The translations under genes were made by a program, and so were the position numbers. A DNA stretch of 62,852 bases, counting the filler, from Phoronis australis (Eukaryota > Animalia > Phoronida): NCBI GenBank assembly GCA_002633005.1. It is 6 parts of 6 records of this genome, joined end to end, with 100 filler letters (N's around TTAATTAATTAA, not from the genome) between each part and the next. Parts side by side here need not be neighbours in the genome. Positions count along the whole stretch, not along the records: positions 23,535 to 47,560 come from NMRA01000128.1; 5 more parts are not named here. One strand, given 5' to 3'. The notes beneath the pieces are model-generated. The model did not search any database. It was not told the origin of the DNA and was given only the letters and a program-made list of their open reading frames with translations. Position 1 is the first letter of the stretch, and each line of letters opens with the position of its first letter. Below, piece after piece: positions 29,401-43,600 of the stretch.

Positions 29401-30589
29401 CAGCCGATTTCATAAAAGTGGTTTAAAGTTAAACCTGGTTTAAACTGGACTTAGACCAGGTTTAATGATAATCTGCATTTCATAAAGGTGGTTTAACTTT
29501 TAGACCAGTGGTCTTGTAAAACCTGGTTTAACTCCAGTTTAGACCTGATCTAAGTCAGTTTTCATTTCACCAACGAGGTCTATATCCTTTAGACCTGTAT
29601 TAAGATCTTAAACTATGTTTAACTTTAGACTTGGTCAGACCCAGGTTTAACTGTTAAATATGTCAGATTTGCATAGTATAGGTACAACTGAACGATGCCG
29701 CGGTGTGCAATTGCGACGCAGTTTTAGAGCGAAAATGGACTATTTCCAATATTCAGGTTTACTACGACACGAGATCAAACGTAGCAGGGGCGGATCCAGG
29801 ATTTTTTAAAGGGGAGTGGACGGTCAAGGACTTTTTGAAAGGGGGACCAAGTCAACAATTTGAAAATTATAGATTTGATATCATTAAAATCAAGGGGAAA
29901 AAGGGGCTCCGGACCCCTTGACCCCCTGGATCCGCCTATGCGTAGACCAGTACGTGCTGGAGTGTGTCCTGCGGATTCCTCAGAATACGACTGGTCGAGC
30001 AGGTCTCATATCGTCGCAAGCCCTACGGATTTGACTTAAGACAGCATCCTCTGATTCTTCTGACTGAGTTCCACCTCCACTGTTCTCCGATTCAATGTTG
30101 CCGGGAAGGGTCTTGCCCCCCCCCCTTTGGCCGCGAAAAATAAACACTAAAATAACACGGAAATAAATTTGGGTATTTATCATTTTACATCTAATCATCA
30201 GCATGTTCTTTAATGTGTGTGTGTTGGGCACACAAATAACATTTTTCCTCATGAGAAAAGCTTTTAGACCTTTGTCGCTAATGTCTGCACTGATTCTACT
30301 GGTGTATGCCATTCTATACCCACGTGATCAAGGTTTCATTGAAACACTTCAATAGTTTCTTTGTTGGGTTTACCCAGCTCGACACAGTTGGGTGCCTTTG
30401 ATACTTTAAACCTGGTTCTACTGAACCAGCTCCCTGGTCTAGCAAAACCAGGCTTTCAGACTTTTAAACCATGTTGGTGAAATGCAAGTTAGGTCTAAAA
30501 TTAGACCAGGTTTAGGAAGACCAGGTTTAGGAAGACCAGGTTTAAGTCTTAAACCTGGTTTTGTTAAACCACCTTTATGAAATCGGCTG
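29401..30589. mobile_element. PIF/Harbinger-type non-autonomous element
   Basis: TIRs CAGCCGATTTCATAAA(A/G)GTGGTTTAA, TAA on both flanks (3-bp TSD), many subterminal AAACCTGGTTT/AGACCAGGTTT motifs at both ends. Confidence 0.85.
29785..29940. mobile_element. Short MITE nested in the Harbinger element, 5-bp TSD
   Basis: CAGGGGCGGATCCAGG...CCTGGATCCGCCTATG flanked by CGTAG on both sides. Confidence 0.8.
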
Positions 30590-31837
30590 TAATAGTCCAA
30601 GGCTCGATCTACATGTTGGGGACGAGGTGAACTACCCGGGCTGTGTGAAATTTCTGGGTCTAACGGAGATACTGACGCAGTGGTCAGCCAGCTCGCTGTA
30701 TCAACACTATAGTCAAAATCCAAATTCGTTTGATCGTGGCCTGTCAATAATGTAACGGCATGCTAAAGTTTCTTAATGTTCGTACTTCAGGAACATAACA
30801 ATCACGTGTTTTGTACACATGCGCGCACGCCGCTGATCACATCTCGGAAATTTCCGATTTGACGGATGACAATAAATGAGCACAATGAAATTAAACAACG
30901 TCGTTTTACAACTTATAAGATTCATAATAAAAGTATTTTGAATATTGCAATGCATGTGTTCCAAAATCTAAATAACTTGGGTCCTATATTTTTGTATTCG
31001 TGCGCGCCGATTAAAAGTAATCGTGTGTGTTGCTGTGTTGCAAAATCTCTTATCCTGGGCCGATTTGAAAAATTCAAAGTTGTACTCACATTTGTTTTCG
31101 CTCCTCTTTTCAAATTTTACAGTAGAAACTACGTAAAACTCTCTCCATAAAAAGTACAGTCTGCTAGATTGTAACCAAATTATCCTCGCTCGTGACTCGA
31201 TGAACAGAGCAGCTTGGGGGGATCCCTTTGATCGTGAGATGATCGTGACTCAGCCAAGGTGGATAAATAATACGGCCTAGTTCAATCTGTCAAACCCCAC
31301 CGTTTACCCTGATAGGCGGGGTTTGGGCCAATTTTATTTAGTGGGAATGTTTATAGCATGTTACTCAGATTGGAGGTGATTTTTGAACTCAAGAACTGAC
31401 TCACGGTTCGTTTCTACGTGAAACCATGCCTGCGCGTAAAGTAAGTAGCATGGTCACTAAGTAATGGGAGACAGGTAATACTGCCCTCATCTGAGAAGAA
31501 ACAAATCACACCAACGAGTGATCTAAATTAAAGGTTGCTTTTTTCTTATCAAAAGAGCTAACGGTCCATTCTTGCGCTAGGACCTAAGTGAGAACACGAT
31601 TTCCTTCGAAATTTTTACATTCTCGCGTATCTGTTCCCTTATGCGCGAACACAATTCTTCCCACGCGGTGTAAATTGGCTGTGAATTGAACCTGAATTTA
31701 CGAAGTTGACGAGTAGTTCACATGTGGCCTATCGACCAGATTAATAAATGGATGAACGTTTACGAAGTTATGATGCTCAAACCATAATTCTGATTTTTTC
31801 AGTTAAATTCAGAACTGTTGAAACAAGCCAATATTAC

Positions 31838-32117
31838 CTGCACGATGGTAACCAAATCTGAAAGTGTTGGATGGTGGCTTTTTAGCCAGCCACAGCGCGA
31901 CCAAACTGACCAGGAAACTTCCCACATCACTCGCCAAGTGCGCAACGTCAGTGAGAATTGCTAAACTGTTGGATACAATCCCTCCTACTAACTCTGCGAT
32001 CAGAAACGTAGCGCTTATTGCACTGACTAGAACCAGCGTATTTCTCGTTGAGTTGTTCGTCGGTTCCTTATCGGTCTTGTGGCAGTGTTCCGCAGATAAA
32101 CTCTCAAGTTCAGCCAT
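31838..32117 (-). CDS. Zinc transporter, SLC30A/ZnT2-like (CDF family), first coding exon
   Basis: MAELESLSAEHCH...FLIAELVGGIVSNSLAILTDVAHLASDVGSFLVSLVALWLAKKPPSNTFRFGYHRA, with HCH, SLAILTDxxH..D and FGYHRA motifs. In-frame stop upstream of the ATG; phase-1 GT donor at 31837. Confidence 0.88.
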
Positions 32118-34726
32118 TGCTCTACCTGAGTATTGTGCGCTGCTAGCGCGTTGGCGATCTTAAGGGAAGGCGTTGTGTTGTCCTTTGTGTTCAACCTTAA
32201 CCGCGGTATGTTGTCAGTGTAGACTCTTCTGATTTCATTGGTCTATTTAGTACTGTCAGCTTTAGGCGACTAGTTCTGTCACTGCCAGCTGTTTTCACAA
32301 TCTGGGCTCCTAACCCAGTTGTCACTTTTCAAGTACTTATACGGAAAGGTAATTCGACAAGGGAATGGAGAGGGTGGGGCGGGGGTTCCAAACCACGGCT
32401 CACGTACATATACATTTTCGATTTCACGGTTAAAGTAGGCATTTTTTAAAGTTTTATGGTTCACAACAAAATTTAATTTTAAAAATATTTGCTCCCCTTT
32501 GGTGTAGTTAAAAATTCACTTCTTTTATTATTCTTAAGATGACATAAACAGTTTGAAAAAACGTCACGACACAGATTTTAATGCAAAATCAACTGAGTCA
32601 AAAAGTGATGTCGACATAAGTGCCGTTTACACAACAAAAAGTTGACATGGGTCAGCTGACATGCAACGAGATGATGGAGCCTAAGTATGTGTGTAACCAG
32701 GACTTTGTGAGGTAAACCTGGGAGTAATATGAACGGGAGAAGCAACGAGGCGAAGCCTTTTGATCTATGATTGCCTCGCGCATTCCACAGCTGCTTCGTA
32801 ACAATAGCGATGGACGATGAAAGGCTTGCGCATAGTCACTGATTCAGGCATGCGCAGTATACGAGTAGTCCCGTTGAAGGTTTGGGTTAAGAGATTAAAC
32901 ACGCAGTGTGGCTTGGACAAGACGTGCAAACAGTTCTACACACATCGGAAATGAATTGATGAGACCACAATATCACACACATGCAGTACTCAGTACAGAA
33001 TTTGTGAAGAAAAGATTTGTAATGGTTTATAAATTAAGCTTCTTTGTATACAACGTTTTTAGTTACAGTTTTGCCTCTGACCTTTTCTTGTCCCGCGTGG
33101 TCACCAACATGTAGGCCTGCTACTGTGACATTGGCTTTGTTTGTTTGTAAACAGGCGAGTCTCGTTCTCACTTCGCTCTGTGAAACGCGGCGCTTTTGAG
33201 TTTTTCTTCACTAGGCCCTGCTGCAGTATGCCGCTCAACGACTGAACGAAGGTCAACGTTCAAAATTAATAAATCTAACCACAAACCAACCACGTTGTAC
33301 ACTTTTGAGCTTAATAATTATAATTTTATCCAGTGCAGAAGTTTTAGAGCAAACTGAAATTCATTATCTGCAATTTGACGTTTTAATCAAGTCATGAAAA
33401 ACGGGCTTTAGCCTTGTATACTAAATATACAGCTTTGGGCCGATGTGGGTAAAAAACTGAATAAGTAAAATTTTCACAAAATTGGTGTTATTGACGACAC
33501 TCTTCCTTGATTGAACTAAATTATTTATATGAACTCAGAAAAATTGTCGTTCTGACGTTATTCTGCTGCTAAAATTGTGATGCGTTCTTTCGGGTTGACT
33601 TTCATTGGCCATTTTTTCCCCGATTCTTCAATCAGCTGTTCTTCTCTTCCACGCACCTGCGTACATGGCACAACAAATTATCGGAACTGGTTTCATTTCG
33701 TTACATGTTCTTAGTATCTTAATACCAGCAGACCGAATTTTAGAACAAATTTTGCTGCTGCGAAGCTCTCAACATCTTCCGAAAGATGTCGCAAATTTTT
33801 AGGAAATGGCGCGTGCGCGTGTCACGAGCGCGACAGACTTTTCTTCGTTACAAAAGCCACGGGCGCTTTGGTTTATCTGTTCCTCGGTCGCAGATGACGT
33901 CACTCAATAATACGTATAAGAAAACATAAAGGCTGGACACTCGAAATCTGTTGGCTCAGAATTTTCTACTCAAATGTGCATGTAACTCCACGAAACTAGC
34001 ATCGGACAACTCATAGAATACTTTCTTTCATTCGACCTCTTCAAATTGCCGTCGAGTGGTGATTTGGCGACAAAAATGCCAAAAGAATGCCAAAATCACA
34101 AATTCAAGGAAGTGATTCCGTGATGTCATGGCAGACGGTCTTCGCACATCCGGGTTTTGACGGACGCTCCCGAGCTAAATCCGAAAGTCTAACTTCGCGC
34201 GGCTTTCATCGTAAATCCCTCGACTACTTGATCATGAGAAGCAGAGAGCACTTTATTGCCAAATAAATGTAATTACTCACATATTTATGTCAAATATAAA
34301 TTATCCTGATACTGTATTGATATGCGAAGTTTTTGTGTACTGTGATTTCTTATGAAGGTTTTACTTTTGGCCAAAACCATTGAGTTAACTCGTCGGCCAC
34401 GCGCATTGTAATATTTGCACGGACTGCGTTTCCTGGCCGAGTGTGTGTTGTGCTTCAATCAAAAAAGTGCGTGATTTCAAGATGAGAAACAAGATACGCC
34501 AGTTTATGTAATAAATTCTAAGTTAAGGGCTAAAATGAGCCGTCAGTGGAATAAAGTTACAAATAATCATAAAATACTAACTTTAACATTCTCAATTAGT
34601 TGATTTTTGGATTAGAATTATTGAATTTGAAATATAGGTTGCTTGCTCAAACTCGAAGTTTCACCTACGACAGGCGTACAAGTTGAAGCACAACTGAAAT
34701 CCGCCATGTTTACTTTTTCATGTCCT

Positions 34727-35123
34727 TGAGTTCAACAAACCATGAAGAATTGTTCTTTCTCCCAATATAATTTACGGTATTCCTGCTCCACCGAGTTCGC
34801 AAGAAATTTGCGGTCAAATCACAAAAATCTTCCCAAAAAGCTCGTACGGAGCAACTCCCTGGTCGCACGCGAGGAGTACCGGAATTATCCGGTGAGTTAC
34901 GGATGAACGGCAATTGCCGAGTTATTGATGCCGTGACTTTCCGTGTTGAATCGGCAATTGCCGTTCATCCGTAACTCATCGGATAATTCCTTACTTTTAG
35001 CGTGCGATTGCTCCGGACGAGCTTTTTTGTGCTTTGACCGCGAATTTCTTGCGAACTCGGTGGAGCAGGACACCGTAAATGGTATTGGGAGCCGAAAGAA
35101 CAATTCCTCATTGTTTGTTGAAC
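34727..35123. repeat. Long imperfect inverted repeat (foldback/MITE-like)
   Basis: Arms of ~170-190 bp; the innermost 27 bp are perfect (34894-34920 vs 34951-34977) around a 30-nt loop. Related sequence at about 55930-56177. Confidence 0.85.
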
Positions 35124-35971
35124 CTCTGTTTTGTGTAAATTTATTGAGATTTGTGTTTGCTATGGACGGCTGAAGTGAAGCACCCGTCATTTCAAGTACA
35201 GAGTGTCATACCTTGTAGTATTATATAGTGTATTGGGGACGATCAGAAGCTGTGGTACAAAGCGGTTTATTTAGTATACAGCTTTGTACCAAGACTACAT
35301 ACCAAGCTGTATTGTGACCGGTTACGCCTTAACCCTCAGTATCATTCAAAGGTTTTGATAACTACATTTTGCCCGGTGGTCATGAATTAAAAAACACCAA
35401 AATAAAATTGCCCCCCTAAAGTACTCACAAAAACCATTTTCTAGAGGCCCTACAAAATCTGGCCCACCGACTAATGCTCATTCTCCAACGGTCATGTTGT
35501 GTCTCACCGGTGCTGTAGCGCACAAAAGATTTCGGTGTATTAATCGGCATAAGACCTGCATACGGATATCGCCCCATTGCCAGTATGATCTGTGTCGATG
35601 ACCGGTAATAAATTTTAGCCGCTCATCTGTGTTCAGACTCCGGCGGTCCTGTTTTTTTTTGTTTTTTTTTTTTGGTGGGGCGGTCATGTTTTAGGTGCGT
35701 CGGTCCGATTTTCTGGTCCTGCGGTCCCATTTGATCCCCGTTGGTCCTGTTCTGTGGTGAGTCGGTCCAATTTGGAGGGCCGCCGATCATGTTGTTTCTC
35801 ACCGTTTGCAAATATTCGGTCACATAGAAAGAAATTAAAAAACAACAAAGTGTGTAAAGATTTTTTGAGACGAAATACCGGCGAATGGTGACAAAACAAA
35901 ACACTTGCGAAATGTGGCGAAACATAGGCGACAATTGCCGCGAAGCCGAGTATCAAGTTTGGCGGCGACAG

Positions 35972-36093
35972 CAGGGGCGGATCCAGGATTTTGAGTTGGG
36001 GGGCAGGGCAGAGCATTTGCCAGGATTTTGCCAGTCAGGCATTCGCACCCCCGAACTGCCAAATGTAATCTCCCCCCTCTAAATCCGCCACTG
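35972..36093. mobile_element. Short MITE of the CAGGGGCGGATCCAGG family
   Basis: CAGGGGCGGATCCAGGATTTT...AAATCCGCCACTG; flanks GACAG/AACAG (imperfect 5-bp TSD). Confidence 0.7.
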
Positions 36094-39000
36094 AACAGGT
36101 CCGAAGACTAAGTATATATTACGCAATGGTTGCTGAAGGGAGTGAAATTAAAAACTAGTCTTCAACGGTAACACATGTAAATTTGGTTCTTACAGTATGT
36201 TAAGAGCATCGCTTTTAGCCCACTAATGCCATGAATGCGCGTCAAATGTAACGAACTGTTAGGCGTATTAGCTTGCTTTTGTCTACGTCAACGCGAGAAT
36301 CACCTTTTGAATAACACCCGCAGGCAATGGTGTTCTATTCAGACCCCTATTCAATACAACCTTTTGTTGTTTGTGCTGGGATCACAAAGTGACGCAACAT
36401 GGCACGAAAAGGCAGCTTCACTTATCCTTTGACGGGCTTACACTTGCGCGATTGAACTCGCGTTTTCTTATTTTACTAAGTCTTTGCTAGGACAATCTGG
36501 TTTGCCTAATACACCTAAAGTAACAAAATTCTGTTGAAGTTAGGCAGTAAGCCGACGGACTGACCTCACCCAGGCCATTTAGCCCACCGATTGACTTTAC
36601 CATTGATAAAAGCCAGTAGGGAACTGGCTAGCCTTCCTTCGCGTCCGCGAAAAACGGCCCGCGAAAAAAGACTAAAACACTTCGAAACTAAATATAGGCT
36701 AGGTGCACTACCTGGGACAAAAGTGATGCCGAAATGGGCGCAACGAAGGTCTGTAGTGGAGCGGGGGAGACGGACGTCATGTGAACTTTCCGTTTTATGG
36801 TATAGATAACGCGCATCTGCACATACGAGTTCACTGCGCGAAGTAGACCATTGTTGAGGTACAAAACAAATCATAGCATTTGTTTTCGCACAAGTTCAAC
36901 TAAAACTAATCTACCCGCAGGCTTCAATGGGTACCATTGTTGATGAATTGTCAGTTTAAGAATTTTAAAAAATATTTATTTCACAAAAAACGACGCGTGT
37001 AGTAATACTGGATAGACAAACAAATCATCTGACCCAAATTACAACTATCTCCCACAAAACTCGACCGATTTTTGTGAGAAAAAAGGGCAAATTCTCCAAT
37101 TTTTATGAGAAATTCAAACGTGAACTCTGCTTCCGTTGACAAAAATGGCGAAAGATGGAATGAGACAATGTACAATGGCTTGAGTCAACCTTCCGAAAGA
37201 TTGTAGTTCTCCGATTATATATTGATGACCTTACATAAAACAAGAACAGGCTTCAGATATACACACTATTGCTATAAGTAAAATTGAGAAATAACACATT
37301 GACGTCGGAGATTCATGCAAAATCTGCGCATTGTGCAATCGTCTTGATGCAAATTTCAGGAATGGCTTCCGAAAGCTTGTCCTTCTTCAGTCTCAACTTT
37401 GATAATTGTGGACGCTCCAGGCAGAAACATGTTGCAAGATTGTAATATTTTGTTTTTTTATTCAAATTTTGCTGTTTCTTCATTGTTACCATGAGGTCAT
37501 TTTAAATAATAACGCTTGGATCAATATCACAGAAGTTTTATTTTGAAAACAACCATGAAAGTGCTTGTCTTGACTTCAACAACTATACTCAATGTAAATT
37601 CCAGTAACTTGTTAAAGGTGATGAGTGAAAGTCTTGTAAAGTAGCCTAGTAATACAATTGAATGTGAACAAGAAGCAACATAGTTAAGCAACCCACCACA
37701 TAACTTACCGGTAATATCACGTGAATTATGCAGATATGTTACAAAGGAAATAGTTTGAAGTTTGGCTAAAAGCACAACAGGCATTTGACTTCAATAGATA
37801 ACACAACAATAACAAATTCGCTAAAAGTAACATGATGATCAGTAGGTCTAATAAAAACTGGGTATACAAACCCTTCACATGCAGAGTCAAACAACTCCTT
37901 ATTGACACCTTTGATTAAACTTGCTCTGACAATTTTAGACACAATGAACAGCGGCAAAACATGAAACATGCACCATTAACAAGAGTCAAATTTTCATCAC
38001 ACTTATGATAGGAACATTTATAAAAAGTTGATTTGAAAACATTGGTATCAGCACTTCAACAAAACAACATCTGGTGATCACACAAGATAGCTAATTAAAC
38101 CTGGAGACAAAATCTTATCTTGTTCAATGTTCCAGAGGAGACGATAATCTCTGTCCCCAGTGTATAAAACTGGTCAACGAGACAGTGCTTTGATCTTTAA
38201 TCAGAATAGAAACATGCCGGTCACCTCAACTCAACTAGGGTGCGCTATATAGTTGCAAAAACTCCCGAAAACACAAGATCATACAAGTCTTTGTGGGATA
38301 TTTCCATTATCATACCCCTCTCTACCCACCAATCCTGCCTATTCGTTCTCTTTTGTAAGCTGATAATTTCTCTAAATAAACTTTGAAGACGAACATAAAA
38401 TTAAAGAATAAGTTACTTCTGTCAAGACATTTGTATCTTTTTTAAACTACATAGCACAATCAGGCATTTTGGCCAAGTGCAACAATTCCCATGAGCACTG
38501 CAGAGCTGTAAATTGACAACAAGATATCATCACCTAACAAATAATTAACATCAAACAACACTCAGGCATTTGGCTAACAATCTTTCAAGTGGAATGTAAG
38601 TGTGCAAAAAAGTGCAATGAGAAATCAGAATGAAGTTAAAGGGGACTGTTAATTGAAGAGACTCTATTGACTTGTCTCTAGCCAGCACTCAGAAATCTGA
38701 TAACAGACAGCCAAAACTTTTCGTCTGGTCTTTTACATTTCTTGAAATGTTTGGTCTTGTCTTTTCAAGCAGACTGCAGATTTCTGTCTTTAAACTTCCA
38801 GCTGACTTTCTGCCTTAGATCAATGTTCAGAAACAGTTCCCCAGTCTAATTAAAGGCTAATACTTTACTGTTTATTTTGATTTTCACATTTCTTTGATAA
38901 CGCTGCATGCAGCACCATCTTTGATAACCATTGCATCGGTTCTTGTTTTGGGGTGGAATCCCTTGTTTTTTGTTTTCTTTGATGACAAGTTAGCCTTCCT

Positions 39001-39449
39001 ACTTTCGCATTATAAACCCATGGACCAACTGGTGTTCATTGATTGCTTGAATAGGAAGATTCATTGTCCTTAACTTGATTCATTCCAGTTTGACATTTAT
39101 GATTTCAGCTTAACTTAATTAGCCCAGCATGGGACTTTTTAAGACTGGTAGATTTCAATAGCTGCCTGCGAGAAAAATTTAGCCAAAATAATGTGCTCTC
39201 ATTGAAAAGACATGGCAATATTTGGCATAATCTCCCACTCTTGCTTTTCTAGCGTGGTCCTGATTTTACTGAAACCTACCTATGTATGTCTCATTGGATG
39301 ACAAGAGCGACACACACCGTTGATAAGTACCCACATGCATCACATACTGGGCAAACATAAACCTAAGGGAAACTCATTCTTTAAACATTTCCACAAGCTA
39401 GTGAAAGCAACATTGGAGAACTTAAAATTAGCAAATGCATCCATGGCAG

Positions 39450-40690
39450 ATACCGAGATTGAGGCAAAAGAAAACTAAAATTACCACAAGGAGGCACTGC
39501 AGCAGTTAAATCCATTCAATAATTGATTCCAGTTGAGCCCTCTCAAATGAAAATAATATGCTATGGGATTTGATAGGCAGAGGTGGATACCCAATGTGAA
39601 CATTAAATTAATTGAACCACCACTAGAGGGCATGGAGCAAGTCAGAATTGTCCAAAAATGGGCAAGTGCAATTCTCTCCTGGACTAAAATTTAATCTACC
39701 AAATCTTATGAAGACCCTTTATAAAACTCTGTGGTAGACATTGAGACAAATGTAAAAACTAAAATTGCCACTAGGAGGCCTAATAGTAGTCATAACTGTC
39801 TAAAAATTAAGGTCACCTAGGTCAATAAAACACATTTTTCAAATTTTCTAGGAAACAATTCTGCAATCATTTAGCAAATGGAGAATAGTAAAATTGCTAC
39901 CTGGGGAACAGGAAATCGACAGGAACTGGTAGAAAATAACAACATCAGTTGCCTGCTAAATTTCATGATGATCCTTCAAAGAAATTGGTTGAGGCAGACA
40001 AAAAACTGCCACCTAAGGACATAGCTGAAGTAGCAGACATACATTTCAGATGAAAGTCAACTTGAGCTATGATATCCACTGACTGGAAACAAAACATTCA
40101 AATTTCACTACAATTTCCCCAGACAATCCTTCAAAAAACTTGATAGATATTGTGGCACTACAAAAATCAAAACTGCCACTAGGAAACATAACGGTAATTC
40201 AGGTAATGGGGTAATCGGATCAACGTCATCAATGTTCTTGTCAACAGTAACATACATATCCCCCAAGTTTCATGAGGATCATCTAACCCTTTAGCAGACA
40301 TTGAGGCTGAGGTAAAATATGTAACAGGCAAAACAATAATACTGTTATCAAAAAGCCACTTACATCTTGAAGGCGAGCCATCTGAATGTTGTCAAATGAC
40401 ATCCCCTCCTTGATGCAAACAGTATATCTGCCAAGTTTCATAACCATCCATTAAAGTACTTGGCTTACATAAAACAAATGAAAAAAGCTCATATTGGTGG
40501 CAAATTGGCTGCAGTTGGTTTGTCCAAAAGCCTACAGCACGTTCTTAGGAACACACATGCCAATTTTACAAAAGTTGTTACAAGGCTTAGGAGTGTACAA
40601 CATTCAACTGGGACAGACAGCTACAGGACACCAATGAGAGAAGACACAGCAATATCCACCCACATATGGTGATGTGGGCCCATAAAAATA
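39450..40690 (-). mobile_element. Degenerate Helentron/DINE-1-like (HINE) repeat
   Basis: Minus strand starts TTTTTATGGGCCCACATCACCATATGTGGG (short hairpin), followed by decayed units with AAAATTGCCACTAGGAGG and AAATTTCATGA motifs like those at 61625-62852. Confidence 0.5.
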
Positions 40691-43600
40691 CATCAGTGTG
40701 TTACCATCAATGAATACAAATTTGCAATAACACCACACCATAGTTCCAGTAAAACGACATGTGTAAATAAGTAGGTATTATTTAGGGTAAGCTCTACCTT
40801 ACATAATCATCAAAGCAGAGGACATTTCTAGAGGAATAGGAAGCTGAGCCTGTTGTCTACACCTTAAAAACCTCATTATGTAATGCTTCTTTAAATATAA
40901 ATCTGCCATTTAGTAGATTTCACTTAAATAGGTATTGGTGGGAAATGGAGTCCAGGCCATCATCAATGTGAATGTAATAGTGTCAATATCAGAAACAATT
41001 ACAACCCAATCGAAATGGCTACAGTAAAATCACTTACCACAATAAATGATACATCAATGATTACGTGTATATGAATATAAATATTAATTCAAAAATACTT
41101 TGCAAAAATAAACAATTCATACTGCAATGAACACAATTTTTTTCTGTGACATCAGATCATCTCTTCCTTGCTTAATTCTTTTTCGATTCTAAAAATAGAA
41201 AAACAAAAACACAAATGATAACGACAATGGTGAGGATGAAGTAAACATCAACACGTAGGAGACAGTGTATCAATATACCAAGAACCCTGACAAGTAAAGC
41301 ATAACACAAGAACCACACAACAATGTTGAAACCTGTCTGCCACAGCACTGTAAATAGTATAGTTCAAGGGGTGTTTTGTTAGTGTTGATCATGGATTTCA
41401 TAAAATCAGACTAATTTGGTAAGTAAAAGCTGGAAATCAACTGTGCTGGAACATTCAAGCCATATATTTTTCATTCTTAAGTCCATCAAAGGATTTGTCG
41501 AACCATATTGAGGACAATCATTAGGCAAGCAGTGTTAGTTAAACAGATAAAATGACAACAGGGGAGCTACGACAGTCTCATAGGTCGAATACTTTGACAA
41601 TAACAGACAGGCAAGGAAAATCCTGCTAAAATCAAAATGGCCAAAGGGAAAGCTATTGCATTCAAATTTGATAAAATTGATCTGTACTAGCGTATCTTCT
41701 CCCAATATCTCTGTGGTGAGTACTCTATAAAAACTTAACTGAATTGCTGATCTAAGACAGCCATTCAAACAAGTGATCAGCCATGGGTTTATATTGCCTC
41801 AAGGTGATCAAAGGAAAACCATGTAGGCTGCTATGACACCCTTCGGTACATCAGATAAGATAGAAAACACACTTAGGTAGTAATCCACAACCAAACCAAA
41901 TACACTGATCATGACAGTTGGTTTCAAATCAAATATTTGACAGCAATAAACATAATCGTATGCCTGAGGTGTTTCTCATCAAATAAATATTGGAAATGGT
42001 TACACCTGCTCAAAGTTACACTTTGTTACCATGCATAATGTAATCACGTTCACCAATAACATCTGACAATTTCCTTTAAGGTTAAAGATGTATTTGCATG
42101 CTCTTATATATAATTGTACTGTTGTATGGCAAGAACTAAACCATGGTGCTATTTGAACATCAAGTATGCGAACATTGACAACTTGTAAATGTGAAAACAA
42201 AAAATTCTGCAAATCCGTTTCATTTGCACTAATGACTTACTTTGGGGGTTCACATAGCCTGCATCATGCAGTGTCATCCTGAACACCACGTCACGATACT
42301 AACTGGATGCAGTTGAGTGAGTTGCGGCGGATCATTTTCAACTCAAAACTCGTTCTTAAAGTCCTTGTCTTAAAATGCCAATGTGTGTCCAGTATCCGAA
42401 AATACTTATTAAATAAAATCTTATTTTCGATACCGTTTTGTTATATTCTTTTCGCCTTTCGTGCCACAAGCATTTTTTTTTACCTGTATTTGACCCTTTT
42501 CTGTGAGCAGATAATTACCAGCTGTCATCAGTTATTTCCATACCCACATTTCCAGCTAGTTAGTTCAGGACTTGTCCTGAATGCCGCCATTTTTTCCTTG
42601 TAACTGAATGTGCTGTCGCTTAATCAAAAAGTCTTCATTATTTTGTTTTATTAGTAATATCTCATGATTCGTTTGTATATATAGTGTTTTTATAGTTCGT
42701 AGTTAGTGGTAGTTAAATTTTTTGGAACGTTACGCGTACTTTTGTTTAATTATGTTAAAATATGATTGGTGTTGAGTTCCTGTTATGTAGGGTGCTCGAA
42801 CCAAATTTTTTTCATTTTGAATTTTTTTTCGTCTTCAAAAAGTACTTGCTATCAATGGAAAGATAATGCATCCAGAGTTGTAGTGGGCGTAGGCGCATGT
42901 AGGCGCAGCCAACCACCTATTGGCATTTGAATGTAGTGCCTACGCACCGCAAGTTACGTTCAGTGCTCAAGGTAATACAGTGGGCTTTGGAGGCCTACTT
43001 ACCTCTAATTTTACCACTACAGCACTGAATGCACCTAAAAATCGAAAAAGAATCAATATCGGGGCAAGCACTGCAAAGTTATTGCAATTTTTGTGGTGGA
43101 AATTTAGGTCACTTTGTTTGGATCTGGTCGGCTGTCTTAGATGACAGCGGGATAAGTTACGAGTTTAAACCTTTGTGTAAATTGTTTTCGCCAACAATTT
43201 ACGATGAAATTTAGTGAGACATATCTTTACTTACTATTCTGCATGATTCAACAGTTACACCAAATTTCAGCCTCGCAGGTGTTACTCATCAAGTGATAAA
43301 TGTGCTCACAGTTCCCGTTGGACTTACTTTCATTTCTGTCGGTACCGACAACATGACAACTTTTGCTGAACTAGGCATGTTCAACTGGCTACTTGGTAAT
43401 TTGTGAAGATTTAACATTGATACATTTTGACAAACATTGCCACAAAAAAACTTTGTTCAATTCTTGTGTTTTTGTGCAAAAAATATAAGGTATATTTGAA
43501 TTATTTTACTGTGAATTTCCCATTCAGATGATCTTACACTAAGCTAAAAAATAGTGGAAATAATTTCGAAATGGTTTTTTTGTTTGTCTGTCAAATGTTG

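Noticed and set aside
38459-38532. Box C/D snoRNA candidate on the minus strand (GTGATGA...CTGA, partial U2 complement CTTGGCCAAAA)
   Set aside because: No terminal stem, a mismatch next to the D box, and the predicted target does not match a U2 methylation site I know; likely chance.
36900-39300. Possible decayed coding sequence
   Set aside because: Stops were frequent in the frames I translated and no family motif could be recognised by eye.
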